Shown here: one piece after another, positions 1 through 9,156 of the stretch
Layout: every line of letters starts with the position of its first letter
Numbering within the stretch: the first letter of the stretch is position 1
Source of the DNA: an uncultured Candidatus Saccharibacteria bacterium
GTDB lineage: Bacteria; Patescibacteriota; WWE3; 2-01-FULL-39-13; JAACPI01
Assembly: GCA_964435455.1 (NCBI GenBank)
Contig: CAYSYH010000001.1
Location: 1-52,644, forward strand
Reading direction: 5' to 3'
Length of the DNA stretch: 52,644 nucleotides
The notes under the pieces: generated by a model
Database searches by the model: none
What the model was told of the DNA's origin: nothing
The model's input: the letters and a program-made list of their open reading frames with translations, nothing else
Program-made: the position numbers and the translations under genes

Positions 1-1551
1 ACTGATTATAATTGTGATACTTCTCTACCGCAAAACTGTCCTTTAAGTTCAAATACTATTTCTAATTATACAGCTGTTTATAGCAATTCTAGTCTTGTAA
101 GTTCTGATATAGTTGGTTTTGATATTTATAATTCTCAAAATACAAAGTTGGCTTCTTGTTCTACAAATATTTCTTTGGGTAATAATCAACCATCCGCCTC
201 TATAGATTTAAATTTTGATAAGTCGTCTTATGGCCTTTCTGTTGGTGCTACCAAAAACCCTACACTTTATATAGACCCAAGTAATTTTTCGGGTACTGTA
301 ACTATTGGTTTATCATGCAACCCCTCAAATATAATTGAGTCTTATTTTAATTCTAACAATTCTTCTACACTTCAGTTAAACCTTACTGATGGTGTTAAAG
401 AAAGCAGAGATATAAGTATACAAGGTTTAAATTCGGGGAATTGCAACTTATCTGCTACAGTGGTTAGCAATGTAAATGCCACCGTTAAACCCGCAGAAGC
501 TGCCGTTGATGTGTTAGGAGCCTCTTTTATTGATTTTAAGTATGTAGAATACAAAGGTACAGGCCAAAAAAGTAATCAATTTTATTGCGATGAATACGCT
601 AGCAATCCAAATAATTTTATACAAATTACATCATCTTTTAATATGGAAATTAGCTCTGATATATCTAATAATTCTATAACTTTATCTAGCTCAAAACTTA
701 CCCCTTATACTACAGCTCCTAATACTAATTACACATTTACTCCTTTGTTTGTCAATAATCCCTATTTTAACAATAAGTCTGTACGTTGTTGGAAAACTTA
801 TAACGGAGATAAGCCAAATTCCACTTTAAGTATACAGTCTCCTAATGCTGGTAACAGAAAAAGTGTTGTAATGATACTAGCCCCAGAAAAAACAAATAGC
901 TGGTTTAATGCTGTTGGGGGTAATTTACATGCTAGCTCTTCCATATTTTCTGATGTATATGATGGTAATGTATTTTTAAGTTCAAGTTCTTTTGTTAAAG
1001 CTGGAGTTTTATCAAATAAAAATAATGTACATAAGCCTACTGAAGAAGATAAATTAAGTTCTTCAAAAGTATATATTAATAATCAAAATTTAAAATTACT
1101 TTCACAAATTTTAGACAATTCTAATGTAATTTCACAATTAACTGTAATAAATTCTTTAAATGATATCAATTCCTCTAATTCCGGGGTTTACTTAGTAAAT
1201 GGCAATTTATCTATAAATTCTGATTTTACTAAAACTTATATTCCAATAATACTTGTTATGGGATCTGTAGATATATCAAGTGATGTTGAGAATATTAAAG
1301 CTGTAATACTTTCTAAGGGTAACATAAATATCAAAAGTTCTAGCAATTTAGATAACGATAAAACTTTAAATGTTGTTGGGGGCCTTTATTCCTTAAATTC
1401 TATACTTTTTGGGAGAGTACGTTTTGATAATAATGAAACTCCTATAGAACAAGTTAAGTTTAGTCCATCCGTTTACTTTATAGATAATTTTTTTAACCCA
1501 AGTATATATAAGATTAGCAAATATTCATTAAGTACCTTAAGTATTGATTAG
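1..1551 (+). CDS. Large Asn/Ser-rich surface protein, 5' partial (frame is open from base 1, so the TTG at 148 is not the true start)
   Basis: Frame 1 has no stop from position 1 to the TAG at 1549-1551. Composition is typical of an extracellular protein. Its C-terminal ~100 aa resemble the C-terminus of the ORF ending at 3835. Confidence 0.6.
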   Translation, partial: TDYNCDTSLPQNCPLSSNTISNYTAVYSNSSLVSSDIVGFDIYNSQNTKLASCSTNISLGNNQPSASIDLNFDKSSYGLSVGATKNPTLYIDPSNFSGTVTIGLSCNPSNIIESYFNSNNSSTLQLNLTDGVKESRDISIQGLNSGNCNLSATVVSNVNATVKPAEAAVDVLGASFIDFKYVEYKGTGQKSNQFYCDEYASNPNNFIQITSSFNMEISSDISNNSITLSSSKLTPYTTAPNTNYTFTPLFVNNPYFNNKSVRCWKTYNGDKPNSTLSIQSPNAGNRKSVVMILAPEKTNSWFNAVGGNLHASSSIFSDVYDGNVFLSSSSFVKAGVLSNKNNVHKPTEEDKLSSSKVYINNQNLKLLSQILDNSNVISQLTVINSLNDINSSNSGVYLVNGNLSINSDFTKTYIPIILVMGSVDISSDVENIKAVILSKGNINIKSSSNLDNDKTLNVVGGLYSLNSILFGRVRFDNNETPIEQVKFSPSVYFIDNFFNPSIYKISKYSLSTLSID

Positions 1552-1569
1552 TGCTACCCTGCCCTACTA

Positions 1570-2010
1570 ATGGTAAAAAAAAGTTATACTAAAAAAAAAG
1601 TATTAAATTTTTTAGCTCCACCTTTTATAGGTTTTTTTTTATTTATTTTTCTCGCCTATCCTTTTTTTAAAGATTATCAAAGGCCTGTATCTATTTTTGT
1701 GCAAGATACTTTTAAAGGTGTTACATACGAAGATTTAAATAAATCTAATGGTCAAGTTTATACAGTTACTCTAAATACAAAAAATATAATACCTAAAAAA
1801 ATTTATATAAAAGAAGGAGATATACTAAGGTTTGTAAATAAAGGAGCTTATTCCTTATATCTTAAAATTCCTGATTTAAATTCTAATTACCTTTTGTACT
1901 CTAATGAAGATTTCTTTAGACTTTTTGAAAAAAAAGGGCAGTATGATTACACTATATCTTATAAATCAGTCTCAGTTGTTTTAAGTGGCACTGTTTATGT
2001 TGAAAAATAA
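1570..2010 (+). CDS. Small N-terminally anchored protein, possibly cupredoxin-like fold without copper ligands
   Basis: Lys-rich N-terminus followed by a hydrophobic helix (FLAPPFIGFFLFIFLAY). The C-terminal pattern EGDILRFVNKG ... KGQYDYTISYKSVSVVLSGTVYV resembles a plastocyanin-type sandwich but lacks the Cys/His/Met ligands. Confidence 0.5.
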   Translation: MVKKSYTKKKVLNFLAPPFIGFFLFIFLAYPFFKDYQRPVSIFVQDTFKGVTYEDLNKSNGQVYTVTLNTKNIIPKKIYIKEGDILRFVNKGAYSLYLKIPDLNSNYLLYSNEDFFRLFEKKGQYDYTISYKSVSVVLSGTVYVEK

Positions 2011-3835
2011 ATTTTATTTATTTTTAATTTTATTATTTTATTTTAGTTTTACCGCTATGGTCCTAGCGGCAGACACAACTCCTCCAATATCTACTTTAAC
2101 TACAAATCCCTCATTTCCAAATGGAGCTAATAGTTGGTTTATCTCTTATCCGGAGGTTACTATTTCTTCACAAGATAGTGAGAGCGGAATATCTAATATT
2201 TATTGGAGGATAAATGGAGGAACCTGGAATAATTTATCTTTTAATAATGGGTTAAATCTTATACAAAATCCTTCTTTTGAAAATGGATACATATCCAATT
2301 GGTCCTTCGTGGCTCCATCATTTTCCGTAGGTTATAAATCTTCTCTTTTTAAAAGGACTGGATTATATGGTGCAGGAATAATAAGTTTAAGTTGGTGGGG
2401 TGATGCCTATTGGCAAAATACCGCTTATTTAGAGGCTGTTCCTTTAAAAACATATACATACCGATTTTATATTAGATCTGTTACCTCTTGGTTAGATAAT
2501 GGTTTTTATGAAATAGTTAGTGTGAAAAATGGGGTAGAAACGGTATTAGTACATGTAGAAGATATAGATTTAAAATTTAATTATAAAGAAATAAGTGGTA
2601 CTTTTGTAAGTACTTCTGATTCGGGGGCTTATCTTTATATGCGTATGGGAATTAAAGGTATAGGACATTTAAGTATTGATGATGCTTATATTTCTATGGC
2701 TGGAGAAAACACTCAAGCGCAATTTAATTTAAATCAGGAGGGTATAAATACCGTGGATTTTTATGCAGTAGATGGGGCTGGTAATGTTGAAACTACAAAG
2801 CAAAGTATTATAAAAGTGGATACTATAGAACCTTCCTTTTCGGATTTTGAAACTTTTAATGAAGTAAGTACCCAAAAATTTGCTAGTAGAATAAATGTTT
2901 CTGATTCCACAAGTAAACTAGAAGCCGTGCCTCAGCCTATTTTTAACTATGCAGTTGATGGTTTTACAAATGGGTATTATGACGATTATGCAAATTGTGC
3001 TGGGAATTTTAATTCTGGTTCCTACTTAAACTTAAATATAAATTATTCAGATGGTGCTACTTCTGGCCAAGTTTCTACTCCTGTAATAGATTATTGTGAT
3101 ACTAACTGGATAAATTGTAAACGTATAAATTTTTATGTACGTGACCAAGCAGGAAATATAGGCACCCATGAAATATGTATAAATGGTCCTTATATAGTAA
3201 CCAAAAATGGAGATGTTTATGCTCGTTTAGATATAATTAATATGGGAATAGGTACAGAAGATAGTGTTTGGGGGGCTTCTGTTTCGGGTTCTAATATTAA
3301 TGATATAAGCTCTACATCTAACATTTTTGTAGAATCTTATACAGCTCCATATTTAAATGATTTATATGCCAGATTTTTTAAAATATACGAAAATACTGCT
3401 ACTACAATAACTTCTTTAAATAATCAAAATGGAGTATTTATTTTAGATTCTAACTATTCATTAAACTCTGAGCTTTCTTACAATAGTACAGAACAACTAG
3501 TTTTTATAGATGGAGATTTAGATATAAATAAAAATATAACCTCTACAGACTCTTTTGTAACTTATTTAGTAAACGGAAATATTTATATTGCAAATGATGT
3601 TACTAATGTAGATGTAACTTTAATTTCTACAAATGAAATATATACTGCCCAAAATGCAAACTTAGCTTCGGCATTAACTATAAATGGTTCTTTAATAGGA
3701 CAAAATTTAAATTTTACCAGAAATACCGATAGAACTTTAGGATCTTCTGAAATTATTCAGGTAAACCCCTCTTCGTTTTTTAAAGCAACTTATTTAGTGG
3801 ATAAAAATTTGTATTGGGAGCAAGTAGTTGATTAA
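1997..3835 (+). CDS. Secreted surface protein with CBM4_9-like carbohydrate-binding jelly-roll and Ig-like repeats
   Basis: The ATG at 1997 gives a signal peptide (MLKNKFYLFLILLFYFSFTAMVLA/AD). NPSFENGYISNWSF ... HLSIDDAYIS is the typical start and end of CBM4_9-type modules. DTTPP and DTIEPS segments with SGISNIYWRINGGTW and AVDGAGNVE look like Ig-like surface repeats. Confidence 0.65.
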   Translation: MLKNKFYLFLILLFYFSFTAMVLAADTTPPISTLTTNPSFPNGANSWFISYPEVTISSQDSESGISNIYWRINGGTWNNLSFNNGLNLIQNPSFENGYISNWSFVAPSFSVGYKSSLFKRTGLYGAGIISLSWWGDAYWQNTAYLEAVPLKTYTYRFYIRSVTSWLDNGFYEIVSVKNGVETVLVHVEDIDLKFNYKEISGTFVSTSDSGAYLYMRMGIKGIGHLSIDDAYISMAGENTQAQFNLNQEGINTVDFYAVDGAGNVETTKQSIIKVDTIEPSFSDFETFNEVSTQKFASRINVSDSTSKLEAVPQPIFNYAVDGFTNGYYDDYANCAGNFNSGSYLNLNINYSDGATSGQVSTPVIDYCDTNWINCKRINFYVRDQAGNIGTHEICINGPYIVTKNGDVYARLDIINMGIGTEDSVWGASVSGSNINDISSTSNIFVESYTAPYLNDLYARFFKIYENTATTITSLNNQNGVFILDSNYSLNSELSYNSTEQLVFIDGDLDINKNITSTDSFVTYLVNGNIYIANDVTNVDVTLISTNEIYTAQNANLASALTINGSLIGQNLNFTRNTDRTLGSSEIIQVNPSSFFKATYLVDKNLYWEQVVD

Positions 3836-3883
3836 TTCACCTACTCAACTGTATAATAGTAGCGTGTTAATAATACCCTGCCT

Positions 3884-4909
3884 ATGAATATATTAGGATT
3901 AGATTTTGGAACAAGTTTAATAAAAGCAGTAGAATTAAAATCTGATAAAAGTAAATCCGAACTTATTTCTATAGCTAAAGCAAGTTCTAAAGATATAAAA
4001 TTAATGTCCTCTTCAAAAGAAGATATGGAGAGATCTATTAACTTTTTAACTGATTTTGTTATGCAAAATAATTTTTTAGGCAAATCTGTCAATATTAGTG
4101 TTCCTCAAACGTTAATCTATACTACAATTTTAAAGTTTCCTTCTTTAAAAGACAAAGAGTTAGAAAACGCTATAAAGCTTCAAATGGAGGGTCTTTCTCC
4201 CATCCCCCTTGAAGAAGCAAGCCAAACGTATCAAATATTACCTAAATATAATGAAGTGGAGGGTACTAGTGTTTTGGTTGTAGTGGCTCCAAAATCCCTA
4301 ACAAAAAAAATACTAGATATAGCTACCGAATCTGGATTAAGGGTTAATGCTTTAGAACCGGAAGCTTTAGCTGTTTCCCGTTCTTTGCTATCAGAAGATT
4401 CTGAAGAACCTACAACTTTAATTGTAGATATAGGCCACAAATCTACAAATATTTCTATTTATTCCGATTTTTCTATAAGATTTATTCGCACACTCTCAAC
4501 AGGTTTTAGTGCTTTTGTAAAATCTGCATCTCAAGAATTATCCTTAGAATCTGTTCAAGCAGAAGAATATGTTAAAACTTATGGGTTTTTATCCGATAAA
4601 TTAGAAGGTAAACTGAAAAATGCTACAATGCCTATCCTTTCAATTATATTAGATGAGGTAAAAAGAGCTATTGCCTATTATGAAAAAGAAAATCCAAATT
4701 CTTTGGTAAGACGTATTATTTTAACTGGTGGCGGTGCTTTAGTGCCAGGAATAATTGTAAATGCTGCAAATTTTTTAAGTGTAGAAGTACAAATAGCAAA
4801 TCCTTGGAACACTATTACATCTTTAGGTAAGTATAAAGATAGAATGTCCGAATTAGAATCCTTTGCTCCTCTTTATTCTGTAGCTTTAGGTTTAGCTTTA
4901 AAAAAATAA
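3884..4909 (+). CDS. pilM: Type IV pilus assembly protein PilM (actin-like ATPase fold)
   Basis: N-terminal LGLDFGTSLIKAVEL phosphate-1 motif, LTGGGALVPG near the C-terminus, ~340 aa, followed by pilN/pilO-like genes. Confidence 0.85.
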   Translation: MNILGLDFGTSLIKAVELKSDKSKSELISIAKASSKDIKLMSSSKEDMERSINFLTDFVMQNNFLGKSVNISVPQTLIYTTILKFPSLKDKELENAIKLQMEGLSPIPLEEASQTYQILPKYNEVEGTSVLVVVAPKSLTKKILDIATESGLRVNALEPEALAVSRSLLSEDSEEPTTLIVDIGHKSTNISIYSDFSIRFIRTLSTGFSAFVKSASQELSLESVQAEEYVKTYGFLSDKLEGKLKNATMPILSIILDEVKRAIAYYEKENPNSLVRRIILTGGGALVPGIIVNAANFLSVEVQIANPWNTITSLGKYKDRMSELESFAPLYSVALGLALKK

Positions 4910-4952
4910 TTAATTATTGCAAAAGTAGATTTTTAATTTTAAAATAAACGTA

Positions 4953-5528
4953 ATGCCTGATTCAAATAAAATAAACCTTATTCCTTCGGAGGTATTAAAA
5001 GAAAGGTCATTAAAGAACCAATATAAGAGGTTTTTATATTTTTCTTTTTTTATTCTTATTGTATCCTTTGCCTCATTTGCATTTATAAGTTATATACTTT
5101 CCTCTTCTAACCGTAAGTTAACTTCATTAAAAAGAAATGTTGCAAAAAAACAGGATGAAATAAAACAATTAGAAGATGTTGCAAAAAAAGGAGCTATTCT
5201 TACTTCTAGATTATCTTACATTGATAATATTTTAAAAAATCGTACATATTATTCAAGGATAATGGACGAAATAAAGCTAAGGTCTAAGGCTGGTGTAGTT
5301 GTAACTGGTGTGTCCGTAAAAGAATTTGACGGAAAATTTGATACTTCTATAAGTGGTGTGGCCTCAAGTACAACTGTTTTACAAGATTATATGCTTGGTT
5401 TAGTAGCAAAGCCTGATAATTTGTTTTCTAAACCCAAAATATTGGAGGTAAGTGTTAGAGAGGGAGAATCTACAGCAACATTTAAAATTTCTTTGGACAC
5501 AGATAAAAATTTAATTTTAGGAGAATAA
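4953..5528 (+). CDS. pilN: Type IV pilus assembly protein PilN
   Basis: INLIPSEV N-terminal motif, a single TM helix, then a coiled coil. Position directly after pilM. Confidence 0.7.
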   Translation: MPDSNKINLIPSEVLKERSLKNQYKRFLYFSFFILIVSFASFAFISYILSSSNRKLTSLKRNVAKKQDEIKQLEDVAKKGAILTSRLSYIDNILKNRTYYSRIMDEIKLRSKAGVVVTGVSVKEFDGKFDTSISGVASSTTVLQDYMLGLVAKPDNLFSKPKILEVSVREGESTATFKISLDTDKNLILGE

Positions 5529-5530
5529 TT

Positions 5531-6625
5531 ATGGAAATTAATCAGCCTAAAGAAAAAACAGTTGATTCAAATAAAGGTAACCATAAAAAAGCACCAGTTG
5601 CTATTTCTAAATTATCTTCTTACGCTACATTGTTAATTGGTTTTGGGATTATTTTAGGCTCTTTGGTGTTTTCTTATTTTACAACCTATGCTTTTTATAA
5701 AAAACATCAAAAAAACCTCGAACTTATTAAGGTAGAAAATTTAAAGATGCAACGTTTAAATAAAAAAATATCCCAATTGCAAAAAGCAAAAAGCTTGGCA
5801 GGTAGTATACAAGAGAATAATTCATTAACTTTAGAGGCTGTTCCTGCTGAAGATGATATACCTATTGTAATGTCTATGATTCAAAAAATGGCAAAAAACA
5901 GTGCAGTTAAAATTTCTACCCTAAGTTATGCTGGTTTAGAATATAGTGATTATGCCAAATCTTTAGATAAAACTGCAAATTCTAAAAATATGGCTAATTC
6001 TAATACAAAATCCACTACCAAATCTAAAAGTAAAAAAAGCACTTTAGAAGATGACGAGCAATATGACTCCTTTAAGGTAAATGTAATTGTATCAGGAAGA
6101 TTTGAAGATGCTTTAAAATTTATTAAGTCTTTAGAGAATTCTCGCAGGCTAATTGATGTATTAAGCTTTAATTATAATCTTAAAAAAGATAACAATCTCA
6201 AAAAAGCTAAGACTAATAGGGATATTTTAAGTGTAAAGGTATTAGCACGCTCTTATTACAAAGATTTTTCTAAAACAAATTCACAAGATATAGAGTTAGA
6301 TAAATATTTACCTATTATAAGTAAATTAGAAAATATGGAATATATAGATATAGATACTAGCAATGTTGTTATAGGTAAAAACAATCCCTTTTTACAAGGT
6401 TCTGATAATAATACCTCAAACTCTAAAACTGACTCTTCTAAATCTGGCGAATCAAATTTTTTTGAAATAAATAGCTTAGAGACAGGTGTAGAAACAAAAG
6501 ATTTAGGAGTTACTAATGGGGGTTCTAGTTCTAATTCTTCTCAAAATGAACAAGATGTAGAGGCTGAAAAGGGAGATACTACGCAAGTACTTTTAGACTT
6601 GTTAAAACAAGAAGGACTACAATAA
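5531..6625 (+). CDS. PilO-like pilus assembly protein with long Ser/Asn/Lys-rich extensions
   Basis: GGAG 7 nt upstream of the ATG. One TM helix followed by a coiled coil (LKMQRLNKKISQLQKAK). Third position of a pilMNO block. At 364 aa it is much longer than a typical PilO. Confidence 0.5.
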   Translation: MEINQPKEKTVDSNKGNHKKAPVAISKLSSYATLLIGFGIILGSLVFSYFTTYAFYKKHQKNLELIKVENLKMQRLNKKISQLQKAKSLAGSIQENNSLTLEAVPAEDDIPIVMSMIQKMAKNSAVKISTLSYAGLEYSDYAKSLDKTANSKNMANSNTKSTTKSKSKKSTLEDDEQYDSFKVNVIVSGRFEDALKFIKSLENSRRLIDVLSFNYNLKKDNNLKKAKTNRDILSVKVLARSYYKDFSKTNSQDIELDKYLPIISKLENMEYIDIDTSNVVIGKNNPFLQGSDNNTSNSKTDSSKSGESNFFEINSLETGVETKDLGVTNGGSSSNSSQNEQDVEAEKGDTTQVLLDLLKQEGLQ

Positions 6626-6631
6626 ATACTT

Positions 6632-7345
6632 TTAATTAATCTTTTTTTTGTGTCTATTTCTCCATTCTTTAATTTTTTTATGGTTTCCGGATAATAATAT
6701 TTTAGGGACTTTTTTACCTTTATAATTATATGGTTTTGTATATAAAGGATATTCTAAATATCCTTCATCTGTAAAAGATTCCTCTTTAATAGATTCAATA
6801 TTGCCTAGTACTCCTTGAATAAGTCTAGATACGCTTTCTATAATTACCATAGCAGGTATTTCCCCTCCCATTGTAATATAAGGGCCTATTGTTATAACTT
6901 TATCCATTTCTTTTAACGTTCTTGTATCAAAACCTTCGTACCTACCACAAATTAAGGTTATATTTTTTCTACTAGTTAATTCTTTAGCTGTTTTTTGTGT
7001 GTATTGTTCTCCTTTTGGAGATAGTGCTATTTTATAGCTGTTTGTGACTTTCCTAATTGCCCTATTTATAACATCTGGCCTTAAAAGCATTCCTGCTCCT
7101 CCACCATATATTGTATCATCTATTTTTTTATGCTTTCCTATTCCATATTCTCTTAAATTTATTATATTTATTTTAAGGATTTTCTTTTCCATTGCTTTTT
7201 TTATTAAAGATTCTTTAATAAAGCAATCAAATAAGTTGGGAAACGCTGTAACTATATTAAAAGTTATATTTTTTTTAGATCTTAAAGATATTTTTTGTTT
7301 ATTCCTCTTTTTGGGTATTTTCTTTATCTTTTCTACTTTCTTCAT
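6632..7345 (-). CDS. trmD: tRNA (guanine37-N1)-methyltransferase TrmD with Lys-rich N-terminal extension
   Basis: FNIVTAFPNLF, GGGAGMLLRPDV and LICGRYEGFDTR motifs. The only canonical start is the ATG at 7345. Confidence 0.9.
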   Translation of the reverse strand: MKKVEKIKKIPKKRNKQKISLRSKKNITFNIVTAFPNLFDCFIKESLIKKAMEKKILKINIINLREYGIGKHKKIDDTIYGGGAGMLLRPDVINRAIRKVTNSYKIALSPKGEQYTQKTAKELTSRKNITLICGRYEGFDTRTLKEMDKVITIGPYITMGGEIPAMVIIESVSRLIQGVLGNIESIKEESFTDEGYLEYPLYTKPYNYKGKKVPKILLSGNHKKIKEWRNRHKKKIN

Positions 7346-7580
7346 CTACATAAATATTTATTTTTACTCCGTCTTTAACTGCTTTTACAGTTAATATATT
7401 TTTAATATTTTTAATTCTTTGTCCACCTTTTCCTATAATAATTCCGTAATCTTCCTTATTAGCTTTTACATATAAGTTTACTACTGTATTATCTTCTTCT
7501 TGGGTTACTTCTAAATCTTCTGGGTGATTAACTAAAAGCTTTAAAATATATTCTAAAGGTTCTTTGTAATTGTATTGCAT
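7299..7580 (-). CDS. KH-domain RNA-binding protein (YlqC/UPF0109 type)
   Basis: IIGKGGQRIKNIK GXXG loop. Conserved position between rpsP and trmD. Confidence 0.8.
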   Translation of the reverse strand: MQYNYKEPLEYILKLLVNHPEDLEVTQEEDNTVVNLYVKANKEDYGIIIGKGGQRIKNIKNILTVKAVKDGVKINIYVDEESRKDKENTQKEE

Positions 7581-7602
7581 TTTTTTATATTAACTTACTA
7601 CT

Positions 7603-7977
7603 TTATTTTTTTGGTTCTTCTTCATTTTTAGGTTGTTCTTCTTTATTATTTTCTTTAGATTGTTCATTATTTTCTTTTTCCCCCTCTTCTTTAGATTGGT
7701 TTTCTTGCTCTTCGTTTTTATCTTTAGGTTCATATTTTTTAAATTCATATTTTCCTGCAATTAAGTCCTTTACTGCTTGTGTTGGTTGTGCTCCTTTTGA
7801 TACCCAATATTTGTACTTTTTTTCATCATATTTAAATAAAACCGGGTTATATGAAGGATTATAAAAACCTATTGCTTCTATATGCTTTCCATCTCTTGGT
7901 TTAGATGATTCAGCTACTACTATTCTATAAGAGGGTGCATTTTTTCTTCCTTTTTTTAGTAATCTTATTTTTAACAT
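7603..7977 (-). CDS. rpsP: 30S ribosomal protein S16 with Lys/Glu-rich C-terminal tail
   Basis: MLKIRLLKKGRKNAPSYRIVVAES..RDGKHIEAIGFYNP is a canonical S16 N-terminus. Confidence 0.95.
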   Translation of the reverse strand: MLKIRLLKKGRKNAPSYRIVVAESSKPRDGKHIEAIGFYNPSYNPVLFKYDEKKYKYWVSKGAQPTQAVKDLIAGKYEFKKYEPKDKNEEQENQSKEEGEKENNEQSKENNKEEQPKNEEEPKK

Positions 7978-8027
7978 ATCAATTTTAATAATAATTTAAA
8001 AGCGGTTTAAAGTATACCGTTATAGAG

Positions 8028-8738
8028 CTATGTTTTCAATGCTTTATTTTGTTTTAAATAAACTTTTAATGCATTTTCTGCCGCATTTATTTCTGCCTTT
8101 TGTTTTGAGCTACCTTTGCCTTTGGCTACTTGTTTTTTACCTATAAATACGGCTACTTCAAATTGTTTATTGTGATCTGGTCCCCACTCACGTAATACTT
8201 TATAGTTTGGGGTTATACCCTCTCTTTCTTGCACCGTTTCTTGAAACATAGATTTTTTATCTTTATATGATTTTTCTTTAATTATTTTATCTATCTTGTA
8301 TAAAAGATTTTGATTTAAAAATTCTTTTGTTTTTTTTAAGCCTTGATCCAAGTACAATGCGCCTAGTACAGCTTCAAAAGTATTTGCTAAAATATAAGTA
8401 TTATCCCTACCCTTGTTTAGCTCTTCTCCTTTAGATAGTCTTAAAAATTCACCAAAACCTAATCTTTTAGATTCTTCTGCTAAAGATTGAGTATTTACTA
8501 ATGCTGATCTATAAGCTGTTAAAACCCCCTCTTTAAGGTATTTAAACTTATTGTATAAAAATTCTGTAGATATAAACTGTAAAACAGCATCTCCTAAAAA
8601 TTCTAATCTTTCATTAGATTCAATATTTTTTTGATCTGATTCGTTTAAGTATGACCTATGTGTAAATGCTGTTATAAAGAGGTTTATGTTATTTATTCTT
8701 TTTATATTTAAAGAATTTTTGAGCTTTTTTTTATCCAT
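8028..8738 (-). CDS. rnc: Ribonuclease III
   Basis: ERLEFLGDAVL catalytic signature and a C-terminal dsRBD (GPDHNKQFEV...GSSKQKAEINAAENAL). Confidence 0.9.
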   Translation of the reverse strand: MDKKKLKNSLNIKRINNINLFITAFTHRSYLNESDQKNIESNERLEFLGDAVLQFISTEFLYNKFKYLKEGVLTAYRSALVNTQSLAEESKRLGFGEFLRLSKGEELNKGRDNTYILANTFEAVLGALYLDQGLKKTKEFLNQNLLYKIDKIIKEKSYKDKKSMFQETVQEREGITPNYKVLREWGPDHNKQFEVAVFIGKKQVAKGKGSSKQKAEINAAENALKVYLKQNKALKT

Positions 8739-9156
8739 TTTGTTTAATTATTTTTTCTTTAATAAGGTTCGCTAGTACTCCATTTACAAACTTGCCCGAT
8801 TTTTCGGTGCTAAATTCTTTTGCTAGTTCTACAGCTTCGTCAACACATACTTTATATGGAGCTTTTTTTAAAAGAATAGATTCTAATATTGCTAAATTTA
8901 TTATAATTACATCTATTTCTAATAATTGATCTTTAGGCCAAGTATTAAGGTATCTTTTAGACAATTTTTCTAGCTTATCTTTATGTTTTATATAGTTTGT
9001 GCTTAATAAATTAAATATATCTTTATCATATTTATCTATTTTTAAAATTTTTTTTAGTTCTTTTTTTTCTTGAGGTTTTTTGCTAATTAAATAGCCATAT
9101 AAGTATGCTAACGCTAATCTTCTGGCTTGATGCCTAGGATCGGTAATTTTTTTCAT
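8731..9156 (-). CDS. nusB: Transcription antitermination factor NusB
   Basis: ARRLALAYLY start, ~140 aa helical protein with FVNGVL near the C-terminus. Overlaps rnc by 8 nt. Confidence 0.8.
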   Translation of the reverse strand: MKKITDPRHQARRLALAYLYGYLISKKPQEKKELKKILKIDKYDKDIFNLLSTNYIKHKDKLEKLSKRYLNTWPKDQLLEIDVIIINLAILESILLKKAPYKVCVDEAVELAKEFSTEKSGKFVNGVLANLIKEKIIKQNG

